Positions 39,401 to 47,651 of a stretch of 64,000 nt of DNA are shown here, piece by piece (the stretch's first letter is position 1; every line of letters begins with the position of its first letter). Position numbers and translations under genes: made by a program. The DNA is from Candidatus Omnitrophota bacterium. Its GTDB lineage: Bacteria; Omnitrophota; Gorgyraeia; JABMRG01; JAFGKX01. The stretch is from contig JAZDPX010000017.1 of NCBI GenBank assembly GCA_043797125.1, positions 23,340 to 87,339 of the forward strand, read 5' to 3'. The notes under the pieces are model-generated. The model searched no databases. It saw only the letters and a program-made list of their open reading frames with translations, and was not told the DNA's origin.

Positions 39401-40522
39401 ATATGGACTACCACGCAAAAATGGGACAGGCAATCAGATGCACGCCTGGTGTTAGACAGAGTTGTTGCCGCCGCATCAACAGAAAGGCTAGTCAATGTCG
39501 CGGGCAAGTATGTAGGAAAAGATGATCCTACAATGCTTATCGTAATATCCGATGACGGATTCGCGGAAGATGACGTAATCGAACTTTACAAAAATCCTAT
39601 CTTAGCGTTAGGCTTTATGAGAGGCTCGCACTGCGGGCAGCTTACGCCGGATGTATTAGGAAAGGCATTGCCAAACAGGTTTGACGGCCCGCCGCCCTTA
39701 TGCGGAATGATAATCGACAATCTAAACGGCAAAGCCGGCAGCCTTGCAAAAGCAAGGGACGCCTTCAAGGGTAAGGCATGGCTTAAAGATATCCAGGAAA
39801 TAGCAAACTGGACTACCGAGATTTTAAGGAGGCAGGGTTTCATGCCGCCAGGCGTTGTTTCGGGCGAAGACAAAGAATACACGACAGCAAGAGAGGTCAT
39901 TGCCGCGCTTAAGGGCGAACGAAGGCATTATCCTGCTGACAATGGGGTTGAAGAGGCATATCGTTGGTCAGCGCCTGGCGTAATCAACTCGCAGGCAATA
40001 ACCTGGTTGGGGCAGATAAACCCGATAGCGGACAAGGCCTACAGCGCAAATAAGGACCTTAGAAGTGTTATTTCGGATAATGTAATAACAGAAAATCTTA
40101 AAAAAGGCTACGTTTTTACGGAAGACATTGTGTTTAACTATGGACTCGGGGCTTTACTGCCGGCCATAGCAAAACAGGTTGCGGAAGCCTCTAAGAGCAA
40201 AGTTACTGTAATTGCCCCAACAGGCGCGCAGAAACAGATGATAGATAAGTTAAATCAGGGCTTGGATCAGGAAAGCAGAATAATGGCTTTTGACACGGCT
40301 TCAGCAGCGGTGGAATATCTGCAGGAACAATCCATTCACAGCATCGATTATATTGCGCACGAAAACGACAACACAAAGCTGAACGTGCCTGATGGTATAT
40401 CTCTAACCAGAAAGGCTATCACAAATAGCATACTTAGAATGCTGGGCAAAATTGCTAAAGTTAGCGAACAGGATTACGTAGAAGCGTTCAAGCAAATACA
40501 CATAATATTGCAACAGCCGTAA
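36407..40522 (+). CDS. Signal-peptide protein with tandem class V FBP aldolase/phosphatase domains, flanked by unknown N- and C-terminal domains
   Basis: Signal peptide ending PAFA, then LRPRAA. Copy 2 has KVDIGSVPGH, AGDD, SGNVQGAGPG, ADKTAPGAF, YVGKDDP, MRGSH, RFDGPP, EYTT. Copy 1 has NAGLTIDP and VRAQSGLPAWGEVLE. Confidence 0.85.
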   Translation: MKIINFKNILKLCSMLLVLTMSLPQPAFALKLYDLRPRAAAEAKTGEQFTAILGEVTDRQTKDIKNDTKMYLRKAGNELRIITIYSPTQEQPSVEDQLREYNSMRTTRQLPPLEEPDLQLVIGFVEAVKAFVLQCKSSISHQDIQDFGIRKTKKALTDDIDEVRIALVIDESGTPAADCKDIKDKKIIPFEDSQPFFVYLESDVEGIMPIVVGSAGTHEYKGFRTTRMYERGDDPESMYLPLSLFAKYKELHTEGKQASVDTIIHEYLDIKAKEETGMPYIVQTRMNDVNLDIVDQWKKDQEEKRITQTVAKKDQFIAEERHLNLSQFFAPKLSKEGAVLAKSVAANKMKKYLKQLVNEKVLVDYKVIVAGDCLHIYTTRRNKTLNQDAMLVNNLLTFGFIDAIDEADNESRFFNKDLVAELKLMDYTQAVERMQIVATMKPLIFTNRKADPFAVFIAANADIGSHNLAIWEMLCNPNTNAGLTIDPAGNRGYLIEVWDRVDDVMYKFDSITENQKLRTLISEPHRYVIVAAYTKKEHKIPEGEPILAVSCKRIFDKKNQDVVDDNPVLIVRAQSGLPAWGEVLEAYTKASPLLTYGGNKHRVMQAMCPVTEEEAINGYIVVADREDPSITRNVELGKFIAPVVAFGYQSHQGRIGHNEPVVDKTVELVRQNSLKWDALWNSLPAYMYNALIEPLTRPHAFNRKDDNIQVQKKLAERFFATPGPVEDEAGNKKMEVMSPILTKKGLTASNIKVDIGSVPGHFKPHPSLFDGVEEVAKMAQEHGINFALKFLTEDAVQLYKELTARFKDGEEFTPEQWEEEFSNAMKAFIANNKPEKGDEKIADFRIWHAGDDIQFTIMHNLGAENPLIHRLAFHAFTYAADRNERSQVYGHKQDILLNKLVSGNVQGAGPGYAEINNLKITDRVVMLSADKTAPGAFTVPLLAYSRLAIDKGKFKNGLLAEIQDINNAKSIFLDLANDEDFQDAVTLLSAPEEFAIKRIWTTTQKWDRQSDARLVLDRVVAAASTERLVNVAGKYVGKDDPTMLIVISDDGFAEDDVIELYKNPILALGFMRGSHCGQLTPDVLGKALPNRFDGPPPLCGMIIDNLNGKAGSLAKARDAFKGKAWLKDIQEIANWTTEILRRQGFMPPGVVSGEDKEYTTAREVIAALKGERRHYPADNGVEEAYRWSAPGVINSQAITWLGQINPIADKAYSANKDLRSVISDNVITENLKKGYVFTEDIVFNYGLGALLPAIAKQVAEASKSKVTVIAPTGAQKQMIDKLNQGLDQESRIMAFDTASAAVEYLQEQSIHSIDYIAHENDNTKLNVPDGISLTRKAITNSILRMLGKIAKVSEQDYVEAFKQIHIILQQP

Positions 40523-40535
40523 TCGACGCAAAGAC

Positions 40536-40571
40536 AAAAAAAGCCCCCGCGAAATACGGGGGCTTTTTTTT
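40536..40571. terminator. Intrinsic (bidirectional-looking) terminator
   Basis: A7-GCCCCCG-loop-CGGGGGC-T8. Confidence 0.9.
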
Positions 40572-40591
40572 GGAACAGCCTTTTTTGGATG

Positions 40592-40620
40592 TTGACGTCT
40601 TTTAACTTTGCTGCTATAAT
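40592..40620 (+). promoter_or_regulatory. sigma70 promoter
   Basis: TTGACG-N17-TATAAT with TG. Confidence 0.65.
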
Positions 40621-40630
40621 ACTAATTCTT

Positions 40631-41212
40631 ATGGAAACTAAAAGAGACGTGCAACAGGAACTTTTTGAGGAATTTTCGCAGCCTGCGAATACTAAAAGAA
40701 AAAGGCTAAGCCATGATACCGCCAAAAAGATATACACATTTACATTTTCAAACGAGCAAATGATTTTCGGATCCATAGGGTTTATTATCCTGCTTATAAT
40801 ATGTTTTTCTTTGGGCGTGGAAAAGGGAAAAAGGATAAACAGGGCTGTTCAGCCGCAGATAAAACAAGAACAAGCAGCTGTTATCCCCGCGCCGGAGAGC
40901 GCAATACCAGCGAAAAAAATAGAACCAATAAAAAGAGCGCCGCTCTTAAAAGCGGAACCGATAAAGCCTAAACAAGAGCCGGTGAAGCCTGCTGTTTCTG
41001 ATTATGTTGTCCAGTGCGCGGCGCATGCAAGTAAGGCCGGCGCAGAGAAAGAAAAGGCCTTGTTAGTAAACAACGGTTACCAGGCGCTGGTTATAGAGAG
41101 CGGTAAATATTTTGTCGTATATGCAACAGGGTTTTCAAACAAGGAACAGGCAAAGGCAGCCTGCGAAAAACTAAAAAGCAAATACAAAGATTGCTTTGTG
41201 AGGAGGAAGTGA
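40631..41212 (+). CDS. SPOR-domain membrane protein
   Basis: TM ending FSLGVEKGK, Pro-rich linker, YVVQ.AA...A...GY...F.NKEQA...YKDCFVR; start moved downstream of the promoter. Confidence 0.8.
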   Translation: METKRDVQQELFEEFSQPANTKRKRLSHDTAKKIYTFTFSNEQMIFGSIGFIILLIICFSLGVEKGKRINRAVQPQIKQEQAAVIPAPESAIPAKKIEPIKRAPLLKAEPIKPKQEPVKPAVSDYVVQCAAHASKAGAEKEKALLVNNGYQALVIESGKYFVVYATGFSNKEQAKAACEKLKSKYKDCFVRRK

Positions 41213-41213
41213 T

Positions 41214-41516
41214 ATGTCGCAGCATCCGAGTCTAAAAAGTAACGAATGGGGCAAGAAAAACCAAAGCGTTTTAAAGCGCCTTGAGAGGCTTATACAGCTT
41301 AAGAAACAGGATAAATGGAAAGAAGGTGATTCTGTTTTTGGCTTGCAAAAGGTTAAAATATTGAAGTTTAAGGTTAAAAAGGAAAAGAAAGAGGCAGCTG
41401 TCGAAGGTGCGGCCCCTGTTGAAGGCGCACCGGGAGCAGCTGCGCCTGCCCCTGGCGCCGCTGCGCCTGAAGCAGCAAAGACTCAAAAAACTACTGAGAA
41501 ACCTTCAAAAAAATAA
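41214..41516 (+). CDS. PVC-superphylum small basic (signature) protein with Ala/Pro tail
   Basis: MSQHPSLK...SVLKRLERL..LK...W..G.SVFGL.KV pattern. Confidence 0.8.
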   Translation: MSQHPSLKSNEWGKKNQSVLKRLERLIQLKKQDKWKEGDSVFGLQKVKILKFKVKKEKKEAAVEGAAPVEGAPGAAAPAPGAAAPEAAKTQKTTEKPSKK

Positions 41517-41535
41517 CTTAACTAAGAGGTTTGAT

Positions 41536-41856
41536 ATGTTGACATTCGAGGACTTCAAAAAGCTTGAATTAAAAACAGCGAAGATAGTTGATGTTAAAGA
41601 TCACCCGAACGCTGATAAGCTCTATGTTATTACTATTGATGTCGGGGGCGAGAAAAAAGATATAGTAGCCGGCATAAAAAGCTTTTATACGCCTGAAGAG
41701 TTAAAGGGGAGAAACGTAGTTATAGCAAATAACATTGAGCCTGCAATTATTAGAGGGGTTGAATCCAAGGCAATGCTGTTAGCCGCATCTTGCGCGGATG
41801 GCCTTTCGATTGTCACCCTTGACAGAGACATGCCTTCAGGCAGCACGGTAAAATGA
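41536..41856 (+). CDS. tRNA-binding OB-fold protein (MetG C-terminal/Trbp111/CsaA-like)
   Basis: FEDFKKLEL, HPNADKLY, IVAGI, RGVES.AMLLA. Confidence 0.9.
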   Translation: MLTFEDFKKLELKTAKIVDVKDHPNADKLYVITIDVGGEKKDIVAGIKSFYTPEELKGRNVVIANNIEPAIIRGVESKAMLLAASCADGLSIVTLDRDMPSGSTVK

Positions 41857-42482
41857 TTTTAAGCATGCTCTTTCAATTTGTAGTGCTTGCGCTCGCAATT
41901 ACTACGCACGAATTTGCCCATGGCTGGGTTGCGTACAAACTTGGCGACCCTACAGCAAAGTACGCAGGCAGGCTTACCTTTAACCCGCTTGCCCATATCG
42001 AGTTATTTGGAACAATAATACTGCCCATTACAATGGTTATGCTAAAACTTCCTCCAATAGGTTGGGCAAAACCTGTGCCGATTAATTTCCAGAGCCTGCG
42101 AAACCCAAAAAGAGACATGCTATGGGTAGGAATAGCAGGCCCGGGCGCCAATTTTTTAATTGCATTGCTTTTGTCATTGCTTTTAAGAATCCCTCAAATA
42201 AGGGAAATTGCATTTTTCATGCAGCTGTTAACGCTTGGCATATTCATGAACCTTATTTTAGCAATATTTAACCTTATACCTATTCCACCTTTAGACGGCT
42301 CGCGAATAATCGCATCATTGCTGCCCTGGCGCTATATGTTTATATACAACAGGATAGAGCCTTACGGCTTTTTTATAATTATCGGGCTTTTATGGCTTGG
42401 CGTATTAAGGACATTGATTCTTCCGCTTGTGATAAAATTGGCAATGCTGCTTGATGTTGTAAACCTAACGGGGGTATTATGA
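41853..42482 (+). CDS. Site-2 protease (M50)
   Basis: HEFAH, GWAKPVP, AGP, FNLIPIPPLDG. Confidence 0.93.
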   Translation: MILSMLFQFVVLALAITTHEFAHGWVAYKLGDPTAKYAGRLTFNPLAHIELFGTIILPITMVMLKLPPIGWAKPVPINFQSLRNPKRDMLWVGIAGPGANFLIALLLSLLLRIPQIREIAFFMQLLTLGIFMNLILAIFNLIPIPPLDGSRIIASLLPWRYMFIYNRIEPYGFFIIIGLLWLGVLRTLILPLVIKLAMLLDVVNLTGVL

Positions 42483-43573
42483 AAGTAATAAAAGTAAATC
42501 TTAAAGAAAGAAGCTACCCCATAATCATCGGTTTTGGCCTTTTAAACAAAGCGGGAAAATTTATTAAAAGAATACCTAACGTCAAAATTGCGCTAATCAT
42601 TACCAACAGCAAAATAAAACACCTTTACGGTAAAATTTTAGCAAACAGCCTTCAGTCAGCCGGTATAACGCCTTATTTTGCCTTAGTTGCGGATTCTGAA
42701 AAAAGCAAATCAATAAAGACATGGATACAGGTAATAAACAGGATAAGCAGAATTGATAAAGGAAAAGGCGTCGCTGTTATCGCCTTAGGCGGCGGAGTAA
42801 TAGGAGACTTATCGGGCTTTGTGGCAGCTACGTATAAAAGAGGCGTGCCATTGGTGCAGATACCTACCACGCTTCTTGCGCAGGTGGATTCAGCAATCGG
42901 AGGAAAAACCGCGATAGACCTTAGTTTTGGCAAAAATCTTGTCGGAGCTTTCTACCAGCCGAAAATGGTATTGTCTGATTTAGGCCTGATAAAGACTCTG
43001 CCCAAGCCCCAGATAAGAGCGAGCCTTGCTGAAATAATTAAATACGCAGTCATATTAGACAAACAACTATTTGTATATATAGAAAAAAATATCAAGAAAA
43101 TACTTGATTTGGACAAAAATTGCATTCTTAAGGTTATTTCTGCATGCAGCCGGCTTAAGGCAGATGTGGTGGCAGCTGATGAAAAAGAAACATCAGGCTA
43201 TCGCTCAATATTAAACTTCGGCCATACTATAGGCCACGCATTGGAGTCTTGCAGCTTGTACAGCAAGAACATGCCTCACGGAAAAGCAGTAGCAATTGGT
43301 ATGCTGTGCGCATGCGACATAGCCGTAACTAGCGGTCTTTTAAATATGGCCGATGCCAAAAGAATTGAAGCGCTAATAAAGAGGACAGGCCTTCCGACAG
43401 ATGCTACATCATGTTCGCCATCTAAGGCGCTTGCCGCTACTTCATTCGATAAAAAAATAATAGCCGGCGCAAAAAGATTTATACTGCCTGCGCGAATTGG
43501 GCACGCTCTTGTTTGCAGCAACATTCAAAAAGAATTAATAAAAAAAGCTATTTATTCAAGAGTGAAGGCTTGA
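42479..43573 (+). CDS. aroB: 3-dehydroquinate synthase
   Basis: GGGVIGDL.GF, PTTLLAQVDSAIGGKT, LNFGHTIGHALE. Confidence 0.95.
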   Translation: MKVIKVNLKERSYPIIIGFGLLNKAGKFIKRIPNVKIALIITNSKIKHLYGKILANSLQSAGITPYFALVADSEKSKSIKTWIQVINRISRIDKGKGVAVIALGGGVIGDLSGFVAATYKRGVPLVQIPTTLLAQVDSAIGGKTAIDLSFGKNLVGAFYQPKMVLSDLGLIKTLPKPQIRASLAEIIKYAVILDKQLFVYIEKNIKKILDLDKNCILKVISACSRLKADVVAADEKETSGYRSILNFGHTIGHALESCSLYSKNMPHGKAVAIGMLCACDIAVTSGLLNMADAKRIEALIKRTGLPTDATSCSPSKALAATSFDKKIIAGAKRFILPARIGHALVCSNIQKELIKKAIYSRVKA

Positions 43574-43604
43574 CATTTGCCATCACTTGTTATATTATTA
43601 AGTA

Positions 43605-43700
43605 ATGGGGACGGTTCACTCCCAAGATTGTGAAGTGTCCCCATTTATTTACTCCCACGCGATGGGGACATTTCACACGCTTGAGAGTGAACCGTCCCCA
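43605..43700. repeat. Inverted doublet of ~40-bp hairpins (REPIN-like)
   Basis: 43605-43644 ATGGGGACGGTTCACTCCCAAGATTGTGAAGTGTCCCCAT and its near reverse complement at 43662-43700. Confidence 0.85.
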
Positions 43701-43715
43701 AAAAGGTTTACGTAA

Positions 43716-44177
43716 ATGTATATAAGGTCATATAAAAAAGAAGATGCGCAATCAGTTAAAAATCTGATAACCTCAATAATGTCTCAGGAATTTAGTGATG
43801 AGCAAAAGGCATATCAATATAATGACCTGGATTCTATTGACCAGGCCTACGGCAGCGTAACTGAAAAATTCCTGGTAGCAAAAGAAGATTCAAGCGTTAT
43901 AGGCACGGTTGGGATTAAAGAAGACACAAAAAGTAACGCGCTTTTAAGAAGGCTTTTTGTTCACCCAAGCCACAGGGAAAGAGGCATTGGTTCCATGCTT
44001 GTAGATACGGCTTTGGATTTCTGCAAGTTAAGCGGATATAAATATGTAAATTTCAGGGCAACTTCAAAAATGAAGGCTGCCATAGATCTTTTGTGCAAAA
44101 AAAAGGGATTTATTGAAAAAGACCGCTGCTTTCTTGACGGGATAGAAATAATAAACCTATCATATAAAATCAAATAA
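43716..44177 (+). CDS. GNAT-family N-acetyltransferase
   Basis: LRRLFVHPSHRERGIG, A..L..K.GF. Confidence 0.88.
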   Translation: MYIRSYKKEDAQSVKNLITSIMSQEFSDEQKAYQYNDLDSIDQAYGSVTEKFLVAKEDSSVIGTVGIKEDTKSNALLRRLFVHPSHRERGIGSMLVDTALDFCKLSGYKYVNFRATSKMKAAIDLLCKKKGFIEKDRCFLDGIEIINLSYKIK

Positions 44178-44178
44178 T

Positions 44179-45663
44179 ATGCGCGATAATTCAAAGATCA
44201 AAAGTGAGCTGGTACAGCTGTTATCCAAAAACCAAAGCTATATCGTATCAAGATGGGCCTCCCAGATACTAAAAGTCCCGGGTCATAAAAGGCACAAAGA
44301 TGTCGTGCCTGTAAGCAGGCATAAGGTAGGTATGACAAGGTTTTTTAAGCTTTTTATTTCTTTCTTAGACAATCAGCATGACGCCAGGGCATTAAAATAT
44401 CTGACTTCTCTTATTCTTGACGGTTTTTTAAGCATAAATACTGCCGAAGATGTAATTCACGGGCAAATGCTGCTGCGCAAGATAATCGCAGAGCTTCTGA
44501 TATCTAAATACAAGCATGATTTTGAAAAACTTTATCAGACCATAAGCATTGTAACGCAGGCTATTGATAAAAATATACTGCTTGTCTCGGCGGTATATAA
44601 AAAGAGGGATTTTGACAGGCTGCACACTTTGGTGAAATCAGGTAAAAAGCTGGTCGGAATAAAGGAGATGAACCACCTTTTAGAGGTAGCGGTTAACATC
44701 GCGGTTAAAGAATCGGATGCGGACAGAGGCTCTATCATGCTTTTGGATAACAGGAATATCCTTAAAATCAATGCATCCGTAGGAATACCTGAAAAAATAG
44801 CAGAAAGCGCAAAGGAATATTTAGGCAAGGGCATAGCAGGAACAGTTGCCAAGACTAACATGCCTATAATGATAAATAAAGGGCAGTTAGTTGATAAAGA
44901 TATAAAGAAGCACCTAAAGGGATTAAAAGCTGTTTCCGCCCTTACCATACCCTTGTCTACGGAAGGCTCTAACGTGCTGGGAGTGCTTAACGTAGTTAAA
45001 TACCCCGGCAAAGCGCTTTTTAATAAAAATGATCTTGAACTTTTATCTATTTTGGCATACGAAATAGCAACCTCAATAAAAAATTACCAGCTAAATCTAG
45101 AAACTGAAAGCTTATACATCGGGACTATTTTCGCTCTGGCAGCGGCATTAGACGCAAGAGACCATTATACGCACGGGCACTCAAGAAAAGTAGCGCGCTA
45201 CGCTGTGAGCGTTGCTAAAAGACTGAATATGCCAAAGCACCAGATAGCCATAATCCGCAGGGCGAGCCTCCTGCACGACATAGGAAAGATAGGAATACCA
45301 GATAAGATATTAAACAAACCTGCCAAGCTCACTAAAAAAGAATTCGAGATTGTTAAAACGCACTCTGTAATTGCACTCGATATATTAAAACCCATACCGC
45401 AGCTGCGCGATATTTTGCCGGCAGTTTACCACGAGCATGAACGTTACGACGGCAAAGGCTATGTCGCTGGTTTAAAAGGAGAGGCTATTCCTATTGAGGC
45501 AAGAATTATCGGCGTGGCAGATGCTTATGACGCTATGACTTCTGAGCGGCCGTACAGAAAAGCGCTTACTAAAAAAGAGGCTATTTGTGAACTTAAGAGA
45601 AATGCAGGCACTCAATTTGACCCAACGGTTGTAAAGGCATTTATCAGGACTGTTAACCAATAG
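44179..45663 (+). CDS. Helical N-terminal domain + GAF + HD-GYP phosphodiesterase (apparently intact)
   Basis: YTHGHS, LLHDIGK, HEHERYDGKGY, ADAYDAMTS.RPYRK, GTQFDP. Confidence 0.88.
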   Translation: MRDNSKIKSELVQLLSKNQSYIVSRWASQILKVPGHKRHKDVVPVSRHKVGMTRFFKLFISFLDNQHDARALKYLTSLILDGFLSINTAEDVIHGQMLLRKIIAELLISKYKHDFEKLYQTISIVTQAIDKNILLVSAVYKKRDFDRLHTLVKSGKKLVGIKEMNHLLEVAVNIAVKESDADRGSIMLLDNRNILKINASVGIPEKIAESAKEYLGKGIAGTVAKTNMPIMINKGQLVDKDIKKHLKGLKAVSALTIPLSTEGSNVLGVLNVVKYPGKALFNKNDLELLSILAYEIATSIKNYQLNLETESLYIGTIFALAAALDARDHYTHGHSRKVARYAVSVAKRLNMPKHQIAIIRRASLLHDIGKIGIPDKILNKPAKLTKKEFEIVKTHSVIALDILKPIPQLRDILPAVYHEHERYDGKGYVAGLKGEAIPIEARIIGVADAYDAMTSERPYRKALTKKEAICELKRNAGTQFDPTVVKAFIRTVNQ

Positions 45664-45665
45664 GC

Positions 45666-46301
45666 TTATTTTACCTTCAGTATTATTTCCTCGCTGTCTC
45701 TTTCAACGCGAACTTCATTAATACCGATTTTTACGATTTTTGCGCCTTCGATAATCTCGCCTTCCTTGCACAAAACATCATTAATGACGGCTATTGAACC
45801 GTTTTCGCTGTATGATATGCCTGATAAAATGAGCTCGCTCTTAGTCGTTTTGAAAAGTACAGGTTGTACTGTCGGCAAAGACGAGGCCCGGTCTGCCGGA
45901 GGTTCTTTTGCGGGTTTTGCTTGTGTTGAAGCCTTTTTTTGCGAAATGCTTTTAACTTTAGCTTTTACTTGTTCTTGAATCTTGGGCGGTATTAATGTTT
46001 TTATTTTAACTATAGCCTTGGATATGAAATCTGACGCCTGAGTATTATAATTGGTTAATAAATAATAACTGCCCGCTGAAAGAGAAAGCAATATAACTGC
46101 GATAACAGCAAAAACAAAATAATTCTTCTTAAGTTTATGCTCGGGCTGCTGATCAGGTTTTTGTAACGGCATTTTTTGCGGCTTTGCGGGTATGACTTTA
46201 TTTTCTAAATCGTTATTCTGTTCTTTCTGCTGAGAATCTGTTGTTTGGTCATCTTTTTTATAATTACCTGCCTTATTAAGGGCATCGTTTATTATGCTCA
46301 T
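45666..46301 (-). CDS. ExeB/GspB-like protein
   Basis: MSIINDALNKA start, single TM, C-terminal LSGI.YS....AVIND....EG..I.GAKI..I; follows exeA. Confidence 0.75.
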   Translation of the reverse strand: MSIINDALNKAGNYKKDDQTTDSQQKEQNNDLENKVIPAKPQKMPLQKPDQQPEHKLKKNYFVFAVIAVILLSLSAGSYYLLTNYNTQASDFISKAIVKIKTLIPPKIQEQVKAKVKSISQKKASTQAKPAKEPPADRASSLPTVQPVLFKTTKSELILSGISYSENGSIAVINDVLCKEGEIIEGAKIVKIGINEVRVERDSEEIILKVK

Positions 46302-47116
46302 GTAACAGTAACCCTTCCTTCTATTTCATCTATTGATCGGTTGACCATCTCATCGTTTATCTGAAAGCCCTCTACAACATAGCCATGCAAAAGGGCCTTG
46401 TCGCAAACAACATTTATAAGCCGCGGTATTCCTGAGCTGTAGGCATATATAATTTCTATTGCGCTGTCTGTGAAAACAATATTCCCCGAGGAACCTGCGA
46501 TTCGAAGCCTGTGATAGATATAATCTTTAATTTCATCCCCGTCTAGAGGCGGTATATGATATCTTACGGTTATTCTCTGCCTGAGCTGTTTTAAGTCATC
46601 GCAAGCTAGTTTCTCATTAAGCTCGGGCTGGCCAACAAGCATTATCTGTATCAATTTTTCTTTTTCGGTCTCAAGATTGGAAAGCAGCCTGACCTGCTCG
46701 AGCACTTTTCCATGAAGATTTTGAGCCTCATCAATTATAAGGACCACGTTGTTTTTGCGTGTTAATTCTTCGATAAGAAAATTGTTCAAGGTTTTTAACA
46801 TCTCAAATTTGTTTTTTGTCTTAACTTTAAGCCCTAAGTCTTCAACAATACTCTGAAGCAGCTGCAGCTCCGAAAGGGAGGGGTTTAATATAAAGGCTGT
46901 TTTAATATTAGGGCTGATATCTCTAAGCAAAGCGCGGCATAGGGTTGTCTTGCCCGCGCCGACCTCTCCTGTTATTTCAATAAAGCCCTTGCGCTGCTTT
47001 ATGCCATAAAGAATATGAGAATAGGCTTCCTTATGGTGCTTGCTCATATAAAGATAGCCTGGATCGCTGGTTACGCTGAATGGATTTTCTTTTAGGCCGT
47101 AAAATTGTTCGTACAT
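46298..47116 (-). CDS. exeA: ExeA/GspA-family AAA ATPase
   Basis: MYEQFYGLKENPF, GEVGAGKTT, IIDEAQNL, LVGQPEL, GIPRLIN. Confidence 0.9.
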   Translation of the reverse strand: MYEQFYGLKENPFSVTSDPGYLYMSKHHKEAYSHILYGIKQRKGFIEITGEVGAGKTTLCRALLRDISPNIKTAFILNPSLSELQLLQSIVEDLGLKVKTKNKFEMLKTLNNFLIEELTRKNNVVLIIDEAQNLHGKVLEQVRLLSNLETEKEKLIQIMLVGQPELNEKLACDDLKQLRQRITVRYHIPPLDGDEIKDYIYHRLRIAGSSGNIVFTDSAIEIIYAYSSGIPRLINVVCDKALLHGYVVEGFQINDEMVNRSIDEIEGRVTVT

Positions 47117-47171
47117 TTCAGTATTATATATACACCTTATGAAACAAAAAGTAAAGCAGATTTTTTTGTTT

Positions 47172-47200
47172 TTGACTGGCTTGGGAATCTATGCTATAAT
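47172..47200 (+). promoter_or_regulatory. sigma70 promoter
   Basis: TTGACT-N17-TATAAT with TG. Confidence 0.7.
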
Positions 47201-47243
47201 CCACAGATTATCACAGATTAGAAGAAGCACAAGGAGGTTTTAT

Positions 47244-47648
47244 ATGCCAGACATAAATCAAAGAATAGAACCAACATTGCTTTTCTCGGTTCTGTGCGAT
47301 GATGTACGCAGGGAGGATAACGGAAAATTCCTGCTTATAGGCCTATTTGAAACAATCGGGGCTGCCAGTTTTCCTGTACAGCACCGCAAGCTATTTATCA
47401 TGAACTGCTGGTGCAGCGGCATGGGCGATTTTGATCAGAGGACAAGGATTCTAACGCCTAGCGGAGAGAAGCTTATCGAGGATAAGAGTTCGAATTTCAC
47501 GCTTAGCAACTTGCGCTCAAAACATAGAATTGTAGCAAGGTTCAATAATATACTTTTTAAGGATCCCGGAGAATACTCTGTCGAGGTGCTTTTAGATAAT
47601 GAATTAAAGGTGCGCTATCCTCTGGTAGTTGAGAAAGTCAATCCATAA
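47244..47648 (+). CDS. Conserved hypothetical beta-sandwich protein (DUF6941-like)
   Basis: LCDDVRREDNGK..LIG.F, F..PGEY.VE; start after AGGAGG. Confidence 0.6.
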   Translation: MPDINQRIEPTLLFSVLCDDVRREDNGKFLLIGLFETIGAASFPVQHRKLFIMNCWCSGMGDFDQRTRILTPSGEKLIEDKSSNFTLSNLRSKHRIVARFNNILFKDPGEYSVEVLLDNELKVRYPLVVEKVNP

Positions 47649-47651
47649 GCC

